Source: Azolla caroliniana (taxonomy: Eukaryota > Plantae > Polypodiophyta). Taken from it: 64,000 bases of DNA. The first letter of the stretch is position 1. Each line of letters opens with the position of its first letter. This document shows positions 38,363 through 50,450 of the stretch, in pieces. The translations under genes and the position numbers were made by a program. The stretch spans positions 2,914,001 to 2,978,000 of the forward strand of contig JBHGNT010000021.1 of NCBI GenBank assembly GCA_043228905.1. The letters run 5' to 3'. The notes under the pieces were generated by a model. That model did not search any database. It was not told where the DNA came from and saw only the letters and a program-made list of their open reading frames with translations.

Positions 38363-41300
38363 TCAACCAGCATTGCCATTTTCACGTTTAGTTCTCTTTG
38401 GTGCCATGGACTTGGCCGGACTGCAAGCTTCTTTGAAAGCAGCAGGGCATTCAGTATTGAGAAGGCATTGATCACACCGTGGTCGTACTGGTGTGCATAT
38501 TGTCTGTCCAAAGCCAACCTGCAGTTTTGCCAAAAGACCTCCCGCCAATGAGTGGGTAGAGTTAACATAATATTGCAATGAACGGTATCTCTTAAAAATC
38601 TGCACCACATATTTGGCTCTTTGGGGTGTGTTTGCCTTAAGAGTCTTGAAATTCTTAGTCAGTCATCCACGAAAAACCAAGGAGAAGGAAAAAATACAAG
38701 TACATGGATTGAAACTTACAAGTAGAGGATTGATTCCCACCCACTCCTCCAGTGGAAGCCAGGCTTCAAGAGCTATCCTTGTTTCCTCTGGGGTTTTGGT
38801 TTTCTGGCAAATATATACAGCGTTAATGAATTTGGAATTACAATACGTAAAGTAACATGTTCACAGGATTGACGATCTGCATAAAGTTACAATACAAACA
38901 TGTATAATGGTATAATGCATAAATAACCAGTCAAAATATCCTTATGTATAATGGTATCAACAACTCTATTAGTAAGTCATTGTTGTTACTTTACTTTATA
39001 AAGTCATCATAGTGTCATTTTTCCAATAATAAGAGAGGTTGGAATGGTCTAATTTACATACACCAAGGACCAGGTGATTTCTTGCTACTACTGCCTTTGC
39101 CTCATACAAAGGGATCTGATATAGATGCCAATAATGTCAAGCAAAAGGCATATAGGGAATTTACAAGGTTTTCTTTTACATCATTCAAAAGAGTGGGTTG
39201 TCACCACTTTATGAGCTTGATGCTGCTACGATGCATGCTAATCCCCAATGAAACATTGATACCACATATGGGTTATTTATTACATTCTATTCAATCTCTG
39301 CTACGAAACACTTATTTTTGGCCTTCAAAGAATGAGGGATGATGGAAATAATCACATTATGTGCATCAAACAATACCTTTACAATGTTAGTCAGCATATA
39401 ATTTGTTCACCAAAAATCATGACCTAAAATAGACTTTGAGATTAATGTACCTACACTGTGAATAATTGAGAATTGATTATGATGGGAGGCATGCACTATA
39501 TTAGATTACACCTGTGATATCGAAAGTTTCAAGGATGGAACATATGAAAACTACAGTTCTAACCAGATCAGAAAATTCTGAAATTAGCTCATATTACTTC
39601 CATAGAAAGTTATAGATGTAACGGTCACTTCTCATCTGTCTTTTCCCCTCACATGGTTAGATAATATTTTTGCTTATTCCCCCACCAGAATGTTAAGACT
39701 CCTAGCAACCATTTCTCAGGAAGAAGAGCACAGAGAATGATGATACGAAGCATTCTTTCTGATGACTGTATATTATCTCACAGGTCATGACTTTCTTTGG
39801 TTAATGAGCTTATTAGTAATTACTACATCTTTGTTATTTGATCTTTAAGTTTTTGACAATGTGAATATATAATGGATGAGAAAACAAATAGTATGATTAT
39901 GTAGGATACATAGAACGTGGCCAAATACTGCTTATCTCAACAATATGGTCATTAGGAAGCAGTTTGCATGACAATGGCAGAAAGCGAATTCAAATATGAT
40001 GAAGGCCACAAATTATCCTGTGGATTGATCATGGGATTTTTTCCCATGGAAAAAATGAAATATTATTTCCAGCTTCATTAATAACAAAAAGTTAATGAGC
40101 TTCTCCACAAGTAACAGTATAGATTTATCAATTACTATTTATCTTTTAAAAAGCTACATATTATTGCTCACCCGTGAGTGACCCACCCAACCAAGCCTGT
40201 TTGAGATTCGATGAACATGAGTATCAACACAGATACCTTGAACATTTTCCCAGGCAACATTCATGATCTGATTTTCAACACATTTATGATTTTCATATGC
40301 ATAGTCAGCTTATTGGGCTACAACATAAAAAATAAATCCAAAATGATATCATTATGAAATGAACTCCATACTAAATGTGCCATTTTGGGCCCTATCCCAG
40401 GTAAAGACAAGAGCGCTTTCAAACTATTAGGGATATCTCCATCATATTTATCTCTGCATATTTTTGCTACTTTCTTCAAGTAACTTGCCTTTCGAGAGTA
40501 GAATCCAACCTATCAAACTTAAGCGAAGAATTTGGTCAGTTGAGGCTATGCAATGAACGGTGAGTACTATTAACATTACATACCGGATAAATAATTTCCC
40601 TTATCAATGCTTCTGATTTCTCCATCATTCCTTCAACAGATAAAATTCCTTGCTTCTGAAGCCTTTGAACAGCTCCTAATCACAGAAAGGGGCAGCAGAC
40701 AGTATGAACTTCATAAATTATTAACCGGCATAAGAACTTGACATTGACACAAATCCCTGATATGAAACAGAATATTGTACAAAACAGAATGAAAATATCT
40801 CCTGTTCTTGCACCCGAAATTTACAGATAGTAAGCTAACAGGGCTGGTTCACATAACCCTCTTGCACACATAAGAAAGAGAGCATTTATCACGTTTTCTC
40901 TCATTGTCCTGTAAGATGATTTCATTAACATTATTATTTCTGAGAGAAAAGTGCGAGAGGTGTCTTTTAGGTACAATGTTTTACAAAGATTATCTATTTT
41001 CAAATGCTATATTTTTGGATACTTTCAGATATTCCTCCTGGACAAAATGTATAACAAGACTTTCCCACAACAGCATAAAGTAGAGTCCAGACTAACCAAG
41101 CTTTTAGTATCATTCTTTTCCAGTTGCTAGTCTCCGTATATATCTGGCCCTCTTCATAATCCTCTCCATTATCTAAACCTTCTATTACACAGGTTTGTGA
41201 GCTTATCCCCTATATATCTTAAATAGTGCGCATAATGAGTCTGAATCTGTATCCTAGTACCTTCTGTGAGTACATCCCTAAGTTCAAATACTCATCTACA

Positions 41301-43808
41301 TGAGTTTCTCTCATACATATAAATGCTTCCAAAAACATATTTTGTATGATTAATACAAATCTAGTATGAGTCATTTGGCACATGCTGAATGATAACATAG
41401 AAGACATGAGAGAGCAAGATAGTGCGCAACAAAAGAAACTAAAAATGCTTTACTTTCAAGCGAACAAGAGATGGCAACTTTGATGAGTAAAAGCATTATA
41501 AAAATCTGATGAGTAAGATGGCAACTACATGTACCATGACAGATATAGGTGTTATGCCTCATTCTTCCTCTACTGGAGAGAGACAACATAAACAAAAAAT
41601 GAAAGAAAGCCTTACATTAAAGAAGAAATTTTAATTGATGCTCCAAAGACATATATAGTTAGAAAAACAAATCCATGTTTACTTAATGAGACAGACTCTA
41701 TCATTTTTATCACTTGGTGAAAGAATTATTTTGGTTTTTTATCTATTAAAGACCAGTGCGATGTTATTAGCCTCAAATTAATCAGCCTTAAAATAATTCA
41801 TCTTTATTATTACCAGTAGGTAATGATCTGCTTTACAAAGTAAATTTCGACTACAATTCTTTTTCTTTTAAAAACCGGAAATTTAGCAAGTTAATTGTAA
41901 ATACTCATTGCAGTAATTCAAATTTCACTTGAACTGATTAGATAGTGCACAACCATGAGTGACCTCATCCTTGGTTTGGCTTGAAAGTAAAGCAGAAACT
42001 AACACAGCAAACCGATGCTCCTGTGAACAAAGCCAATAAGAGGAAATATAGGTATGAAATATCTTGAAATTAAACATTATTATATATTCAAAAGCATGCC
42101 TTTTCTTAGACCAAAATTCACTATTATGTTGTCATATCTTGAAAGCATACCTTTGGTGGAAGGTAACTACCAGCTTTCTCACAGCCCATGGTATCAACAG
42201 GTGCATCCCCAGATGCTCTCATCTTCCTTATTGCCTCTAGAACTTGTTGCCATCGTGGTGGCATTACTGTGAAGACAATGGCACTTTTACCAATTTAAAG
42301 CTTTGAGAAAAGGGATTTGTGTTCAAAATAAAGGCTTCACCATAAAAAGGAAATATACCACATTATTGATGTTAGCATAAAAACTTCAATAGAAACAGAA
42401 ATATACGATATATTACTATCAATAACTTGCTTTATTTGTTCATCTATCTAAGGAGCGGTCATCTATCATTAGACATAAAATCCAACCATAAAGGATACCA
42501 TTTCGATCTGCATTTCTTCAAGCTTAACCATGTAGGATTCACAAAAGTAGATATCGAGATGTGTGCCACAACCAGGTAGCACTTTTATAATAAGAATCAC
42601 ATTGTTAATCTGTTTGATCCTTCACATCATGTGTAACAACAATGATATCTAGAGTATGGTATCAACAGAAACCCATTCATGATCTGCTAATCCATTCCTT
42701 CTGTTTGTTTCTTCAAGAAAAACAATGGTTCAGAAGATAAAAAATGTTTGGAATTTGTTTTTTGGAGGCTTGGAAGTGATAAAACACATTGCAGATTGAC
42801 TCCATACTTGCCCAGTATATGCATAAAAACACCTATATTCAAGACTTTGAATGGACAGATTTATCTATTCCCGTGCAAATATGGTTTATATCTAGCCTTA
42901 ATACTTATGCATTTATTTCTCCTCGTCAAAGTTATTAAAGCTAAAAACCTTTTGAAACAGAGGAGATCATATTATTGTTCAGTTTTGCTTCACTATCCTG
43001 CTCCTGGTAAGAAAAAAAAAATGTAATAAACAACAACCATATAAGGCAAATTTTTCTTAACGTATAAAGAAGGTTTACAGCTACAAAGAAAATAAAAACG
43101 AAAAACTATTGATAATAAGTTATAACTAAACTTCAAAATAGAAGTTGCAATAAAAGAGGGGAAATTTACAAAATGGAAATCTATGGAGATGCCTTAACAT
43201 TACAAAAACGATGAAAAAATGGAAAGCTATAGGCAATAAATACCTTCACAAGATGGTTTTCTTGCTGAATCTCAATTACTTTAGCTTCATTATCATTTTC
43301 ATAGGAAACTTCTACATGCAATCTCTTTTTTCCATCAGTTCTTCTGATAGGATGACTTTGTTTTTCTTTACCAGTGGCAGAAATAGTCATTAATCTATCA
43401 CTTCTTACCTTCGCAAGATGGTTTTCTTGCTGAACCTCAATTACTTTAGCTTCATTATCATTTTCATAGGAAACTTCTACATGCAATCTCTTTTTTCCAT
43501 CAGTTCTTCTGATAGGATGACTTTGTTTTTCTTTACCAGTGGCAGAAATAGTCATTAATCTATCACTTCTTCTGAGTTTTAATTTCCCTGCACAGAGAAT
43601 AAAAAGAAGCTTACATGTTTAAAAACTTAAAGAAGAAAATTATCTTCGATAGAAATGACATAAGAAAAAGGAAAAGGAAAAGAGGCCATCATCCTAAACC
43701 TGGGGTATCCTCTGTTCCTGATGTAGTTTGAGCTCTCCATGGCTCCATGATGGTTTCCCTCGTCTTCCTACTTTCAATGACACGGTAAAAAAATTGCTTC
43801 AATGACAT
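38363..43808 (-). CDS. NTH1: Endonuclease III homolog (HhH-GPD DNA glycosylase/AP lyase with 4Fe-4S cluster); exons 43808-43700, 43587-43244 (or 43587-43409), 43003-42949, 42266-42151, 42020-41954, 40675-40584, 40509-40372, 40267-40172, 38803-38720, 38518-38363
   Basis: [34 protein letters not shown], Hh[12 protein letters not shown] (catalytic Lys), [18 protein letters not shown] (catalytic Asp), [19 protein letters not shown] and C-x6-C-x2-C-x5-C. The N-terminal exons and start codon are less certain. Confidence 0.92.
43241..43570 (-). repeat. 165-bp tandem duplication inside NTH1 exon 2 (55 aa x2)
   Basis: [45 protein letters not shown](V/I)QQENHL(A/V)KV occurs twice, with ATGs at 43555 and 43390. 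Confidence 0.95.
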
Positions 43809-44328
43809 ACTCTTAGTTCTTCATGGACTACCCAATTTGTTTTATTCGATTGACACATATGGGTAGTTTTGTCATGGATTCATGCGCGACTCAACACTTT
43901 CTTTGTTACTCTTCTCTCTGTGTATCTTCTTTATTAGTAAGCTTGACTTTGGTTTGATGACAATAGCCAATAGAAAGCCACCCTCATGACTAGCCTCAAG
44001 AGTATACATTATCTTCTTAGGCTATCTCACCTTGCTTTTGCTAATAAGCATCTTCACTCTTTTTGCACTCATGTCATTATGTAACGTGTGTGTGTGTATG
44101 CTCTAGGTTTGAGCATGTGTTGGTTACTAGTATGTTTTCTTTTAAAATGGTAATGTTATTGTCCACACCCTCCTTGTCTTAACATATTGGGGTTGGTCCA
44201 AGTTAAGAATCACCCTATGAAATGTTAAGAATCACATTTTCCAATAACCATTACTTGTATATTATGATCTTGCAAGATTGTCAAGTACAATCGCAAATAT
44301 GATTAGATGTTTGCCGTAGATAATAGAG

Positions 44329-44346
44329 TTTAGGGTTTAGGGTTTC
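44329..44346 (-). promoter_or_regulatory. Telo-box / interstitial telomere motif upstream of NTH1
   Basis: TTTAGGGTTTAGGGTTT on + (AAACCCTAAACCCTAAA on -), about 520 bp upstream of the predicted ATG. Confidence 0.35.
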
Positions 44347-44930
44347 AAGAAGACATGCTAGGATTGTTCAAATTGTTGAACACCATCGATAGGGAAAGAG
44401 CAAAGTTAAGTATTATCACAAACATGTTTTATGCATGGCCTCACATTCTTGGAAAATCAATGATGACATAAATATCAACCTGCACCTAATGAGACACACT
44501 TGGCTCATAACATAAAGCATGAATCAATGCTCTAATCTGCTTAACAATCCTTTTACAGAGTATAATCAAGGCAATTCTATAATTATAATTATAACACCTA
44601 GATCATGCACAAAACCATACATAAATTTTGCCCAAGTCCAGACACAAGCATTATAAAAAAACCAATATATTAATCTTCAATCCTGATTAGATATCTCAAA
44701 TTCCCAAAATGTTGTCATCGAAACACAAGTATTCTGAATCTTAAGGTTGACAAATTTTATGGCTAAAACATGGGACTTGTGGTTATTGGGAATTTGAAAA
44801 ATGAGAATCTCATTACATCCTTCTGGAAACTCTCCGGTGCTTTTTGTATGGTGAAAAGGGCCGATTAATAAACTAATGTAAATGCTAATCACATGGACAA
44901 ACGGTTGATGAATGACTTATGTATCAAAAA

Positions 44931-47900
44931 TCAAGCAGGAACACTATTCTGCTTGGGTGTTGCCGCTGCAGCTTGTGCAATGGTCGGGCTGTCAGTTGCA
45001 AGGCCCATTGCATGTAATCCATTATCCACATAAACAACTGATCCTGTGATTGATGATGCTAATGGTGAAGCCAAGAATGCTGCAGCATTGCCAACATCAT
45101 CTGCAAAAGAGCAAGAAGCATCTTATTTCGATTTAGACAGTCTTTTTTATCTTATGTTAATTTGTACACATGACAAAAATAACCCATTTACAATTGCACA
45201 TGAATTAAAACGGCATTAAAATTCCCACAAATGCACATGATATGCTAACCAGCCTCAAGTTCCTTTTGAAGAGGAGCATTTGCAAGTGAGTAATTGATCA
45301 TGTCATCAATAAATCCAATTGCCTTGGCTGCCCTGCTCCTCAGGGGTCCTGGCAAGTGGGGTGAATATTAGAACACTGTTACAAGATTGATTATTCCAAA
45401 TAATGGTACTGATCAAATCATCAAAAGGGAAATGCACATCCAAGTACTTGAAAAGATCACCATTACATTCACAAAAGAAACATGCATAGATTCATTAGGG
45501 AAATGCACATCCAAGTACTTGAAAAGATCACCATTACATTCACAAAAGAAACATGCATAGATTCATTGAACAAATTTGTATAAAATAATCATCACCATAA
45601 AACAACATCTTCATCATGCCATGGTTATGGATGAGAATAAACCTGCTGAAATGGTATTAACTCGAATCTTGTACTTTCTACCAGCTTCAAATGCAAGGAC
45701 CTTTGATGAACAATATCAACATTAGTACATACATTTACTAAGACTCTACCAGTTATAAATTGAATAAAAGAAAAATATACCCTAGTATCACTTTCTAGTG
45801 CTGCTTTGGCTGAGCTCATTCCTCCACCGTATCTAGAAAGATCAAATATAAAGATGATTCACCAAATCATGAATTGATGATATGTTAAACTTTGTAGGCT
45901 ACATCAATATATCTAAAATATCACCTTATTCAGGAATTATTCTCTGCAGCAATGTAATTAAGAAAAATTTTGTAGGCTTGAAGTTACATATAAAATGTTA
46001 AGAAGCTTACCCAGGAATGATTTTCTCTGCTGCAATGTATGTAAGAGACAGACTTGAGCCACCTGTTATTGATAACACATGGGGAACTTTTACAAATCTT
46101 TCTTGCAAAGTTTCAGAATAAAGAGGCATCACACTGATACAAACAAAGATATAGCATACATTTCTTGCAAAGTTACAGAAAAAGAGGTATCGCACTGATC
46201 GCACTGATGCAAACAGAGATAAATACTATCTTTTTTGCACAGTTACAGAAAAAGAGGTACAACATTGATATAAACAAAGATATATACATACCTTTCTTGA
46301 GAAGTTACAGAAAAAGAGAAAAAGAGGTATCACAGTTATACAAACAAAGATAAATACGCTGGATACATACAAATCTTTCTTGTACCAAATAAATACCTGA
46401 ATTCATGAAAGGTGCAAAATGCTGAAGTAAAGACACATATGAGTAGCTGGATGCTGAAGCTGCAGCAAGATATCCACGCCTCGATGTTTCAAGGAGAGGT
46501 TTGGTTACCTGTTCATAAAACAGATCCATATACCATTTCACAAAAAGAGAGTTCTACTCTTGGAAGCTGTCTATTTTCCCCAGGAAGATTCAAATCCTGG
46601 AAATTTACCAAGGAAATCAACTCTGGAGGGATGTGAGCTTTGTTTTTACCTCGGGACCATTCGCCAAAGAATGTACCAAAATGTCTATGCTGCCGAAGTC
46701 CTGTTTTACACTCTCAGCCACCTCCTGCACAGAGAGAGAGCGGTTAGAATGATTGCAAGATGCAACATCAAAAGCCATTAATATCATCACTTCACAGATA
46801 AACTGCAGAAAATATTACATAAACAATTAAAAGAAAGAATCTTCAGTATGCACGTCTCTGTACATCTGCCATAGATATAATAATTTAGTAACACGCATAT
46901 TTTATAAGTCGCTAAAAAGATTTCAGAAACCTAATATGTGCATGCCATTATACATCAAGACAATATAACCTTTAGCACATAGTATATAAATAAGGTTAAA
47001 ATCAGAAAAAGCATCCCAGAAACTCTTTATAGAATTTTATCACTCAGTACACATTACATGAAAATGAATCATATAATCATGATTGTGATCCATATCCTTA
47101 CCGATACAGTCCATTTACTGTTCCCAGCATATCTTTTGTTTGTTTTTATCTGTACAACATAATTTACAAATTTCTCAAAATTACAAATAATAAAATAAAC
47201 CATACCATGCATGCACAGTAAAGCACCTTAGTGAAGAGCATTCACCTCTTCAGGAACATCTTCAGGTGTGTCAAAAACAGCATCAAGTGGATAAACTTTG
47301 GTGATCTCCATGAGCGACCCATCTGGAAGACTGAATCATATATACATATATAAGTACAAGAATCTGGTTTTGTGCCTCAATTTCATTCATTGAAATACAT
47401 AATGCCACACTTACACACGAGATTCATCGAATTTTCCTCTCCTGAAGCTTGTCTCAAAAATATTCAATGCCTACAATTAAAACAATATATGTAAAAGATT
47501 TGGAGCTTGTACTAGGAAAATTCCATCTTGAAGACAACTGCACGAAAGACAATATAATTTTATCTGAATTCCTCAGACAATCGACAAATTTTGGCTGAAC
47601 CTTGATTCATTTGTTTCTAACTTTTAGTGGCAAAATTGTTTTATTTTGATTAAACTTTATCTGAAACTATTTGGATGGTTCAAATCCAGAGCAACTTTAG
47701 CCTAACATTGACCAACTTATTTAGAAAAACTTCATCTGAAATAAAAAGGAGAACATACAGGAACCCAAGTCCCAACAAGGATCTCCGCTCCAGCTGCAGC
47801 TAAAGCCTTGGCTATGGCCCAGCCATAACCTTGATCATCAGCAACTCCAGCAATAAATGCTCTCTTCCCTGCAGGACAACACGCATCTCCAAAAAATGAG

Positions 47901-49033
47901 GAAATCGACATTATGGCCTAAAAAGAGGAACTTGGCTCCAGATCATCATATTTATGGTGTTTTATAAGGTAAGAATTTCCAATCATTTACAATCCTAAAA
48001 ATCGAGAGAAATGACACCTCATCATCATTATGGTTCAAAATATGAGCATCAAATCGTCAAGTTATGGTCCCAAATTGGAGGAAACTAGCATTTGATCCTA
48101 GCATTATGGCCCATGAAAAAGAAGGGAATTCACATTACACTCTTAAATGTACAACACTCGGCTTCATTAGTGGCTATGGAGATTGCATTTATCACTGATT
48201 TAAGCAACTCCATAGACAGGAATGGAATAATAAAGCATGCAAAATGGAAGAGTAAGAAGGTGAAAATGAGAAGAAATCCTGTTAAATTCCTACATTTTTG
48301 GTATTAAAACTCCTTACATTCTGATAAAACTGACCATCATAAGCTCAAAATCAGCAACTCTCCATAGACAGGAATGAAATAATAATGCATGCAAAATGGA
48401 AGAATATGGAGGCAAAAATTAGAGGAAATCGTGTTAAATTCCTACATTGTTGGTATTAAAACTCCTTATTTTCTGATAAATCTGACCATCATAAGCTCAA
48501 AATCAGTAACTCTAACTAATCATCGAGATCATGATAGAGATTCTTATGAACAAATCTCGGAAGGAAAACTCTTCTAAGATAAGATAAAAGCATTCAAGAA
48601 GCAAGAACAATGTATCTGGACCATGTCGGAGCTAAAAAGCTTAGCAAATTATTTATTTACTCCCCTCCATAATGAAATAGATAAATTGTGTGGCACTTTT
48701 TTGCTTACCACGAAGATCAATTGCAAGAGAAGGCAAAGACGAGGGTGAAGAAACTCCATTTCCATTCGAGGAAGAAGCCAAGACCTGAACATCTCCTTTA
48801 CGAGAAGAAGAAGAAGAAGAAGAGAGGTGTCTTCTTCTTCCTCCTCCATAGCTGAGAGCGTGGAAGAGGATCCGAGATCCTGCAGAGAGGAACGGGGACT
48901 TTGAGGCACCGACTCCACGGAATCGGACCATCTGGGGGGAAGAAGACAAAGGCGAGAGGTTTCGGATGGATGAAGATGCAGCATACTGCAAATTAGAGCA
49001 AATCACAGAGGAGGAGGAGGAAGAAGAAGCCAT
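44931..49033 (-). CDS. MOD1: Plastid enoyl-[acyl-carrier-protein] reductase (FabI/ENR); exons 49033-48709, 47868-47759, 47470-47415, 47330-47246, 47149-47102, 46724-46650, 46508-46397, 46062-46011, 45832-45781, 45700-45643, 45348-45250, 45100-44931
   Basis: Ser-rich transit peptide, then [91 protein letters not shown] and [10 protein letters not shown]. The 11 GT..AG introns are in phase. Confidence 0.97.
45427..45567. repeat. Perfect tandem duplication of about 70 bp in ENR intron 10
   Basis: GGGAAATGCACATCCAAGTACTTG...ATAGATTCATT at 45427 and 45498. Confidence 0.95.
46095..46380. repeat. Degenerate tandem repeat of about 60-70 bp x4 in ENR intron 7
   Basis: Recurrent AGTTACAGAAAAAGAGGTA...AAACAAAGATA. 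Confidence 0.75.
48203..48511. repeat. Tandem duplication of about 150 bp in ENR intron 1
   Basis: AGCAACTC(TC)CATAGACAGGAATG...CTGACCATCATAAGCTCAAAATCAG occurs twice. Confidence 0.85.
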
Positions 49034-49339
49034 CGAGTGAGGTACGAGGGTGGAACAGGGGAGGGGGGGGCAGAAGAAATATGGAGGAGGGCTAGTTAGT
49101 GTAGACAGTAGTAGAGCAGAGAAACAGGGCTTTATGTAAGGAGGGCAATTTTGTGTGTGTTTGAGAGAGAGAGAGAGACTCTGTTTTTGTGTGTGTCTCA
49201 TGCAAACTTTACTTTTATCTCTCCCCTGCTTCTTCTATTTCTAGTAAGTAGCTTCTTCTATTACTAGTAAGTAGAGTATATTAGTGCTTCCATCCATCCT
49301 TCCTTCCTTCCTTCCTTCCTTATATGCTAAGGATGATTT

Positions 49340-50450
49340 CAAGCTAAAGAGGATGCCAAGAGTAAATTTCCATCCCGCCGGGCCGAACCACACCACACAT
49401 AAGGCTAAGGGATGAACGGAGATCTTTACGACACGAGTTCGGCTGACTCGAGCAATACATAATCTACTAAGTATAGAAGGATTATGTCACAGATAACCAA
49501 TCTGTACAATCTCGACAAGCTGCGTGGATTTCTCTGCAGATTGGCGGGCCTTCGTTGAGGAAGGAGGTAGAGAAGTTGGAACCAACACGCTTGGAGGAGG
49601 CGGTCCACGTTGCAGAGCACGTGGGCGACTAGGGAGGCCTCCCAACACAAGGAAGACTCCCTAAAGAAAAAGGGGGACTTGAAGACCTCACCATCTAGAA
49701 AGGAACAAATTGTTGGGTATCACAAATGGAAGCAAGGTGAGTGAATGAAACACTCCCTCAAACCCCAACTCAACCCAATGTTACTTCACGTGTGGTGGAT
49801 CACACTTAGCTCGGGGGGTTCCCTAAGTGTGAAGGGGGTTCCTCTCAAGTGGCGAGAGCGCAAGTCAAACTCGACAAAGAAGACGAGGAGGAATCAACTA
49901 CACGAGTTCGAGAGAAGGCAAATTCAATGAAGGTGTGCTCAACCAAGGGGGACAAGCAAAATGTGATGATGGAGGAAAGGCCTCAAAGGGCCATACAGCA
50001 AGGGATCGAGACCATTCGAGTAAGGTGTGCTCAACCAAGGTGTCTGAGCAAGGTCTAAAGACAAAAGGACTGCCTTGAACTATCATAGAGCAAAGGACCA
50101 ACCACAATTCAAGTAAGGTGAGTTCAACCAAGGTGGTTGAGTGAGGTGGTGGGGATAGAAGGGAAGATTGAGAGGGGCACACAACACAAAGCACAAGGCT
50201 AACACATTGGGGCTACTGGTGTAGTTATATAAGCTTGATGAGACTCAAAGCTCTAGAGGACTTGGGTGAATGACATGTTCCCAATTTGTCTCAACTAGGA
50301 CAGTGCCCCAAAACTGATTGGGACTCATAAGAGAGCCCAATCAGTTTTGAGACAAATTGGGGACATTACTTCCCAAATCTCCCTTTATTTCAAGAGTAAC
50401 CCCTGACAATTACACCCGATTTATGCAATTTGTACTTGGCAACAACATCC
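49340..50450 (+). mobile_element. Possible LTR-retrotransposon fragment (non-coding internal region, PPT and LTR start)
   Basis: GC-richer island with repeated AAGGTGTGCTCAACCAAGG motifs and a purine tract GGGGCTAC followed by TG at about 50209-50218. No partner LTR was found. Confidence 0.3.

Noticed and set aside
42490-42510. Perfect U12 donor GTATCCTTT (minus strand) after a possible 9-nt micro-exon in NTH1 intron 3
   Set aside because: There is no convincing U12 branch site before the next acceptor. A 9-mer like this is expected by chance in 64 kb of AT-rich DNA, and the gene model closes without it.
49031-49050. WRI1 AW-box at the ENR start
   Set aside because: The spacing is CnTnG-n9-CG rather than the required n7.
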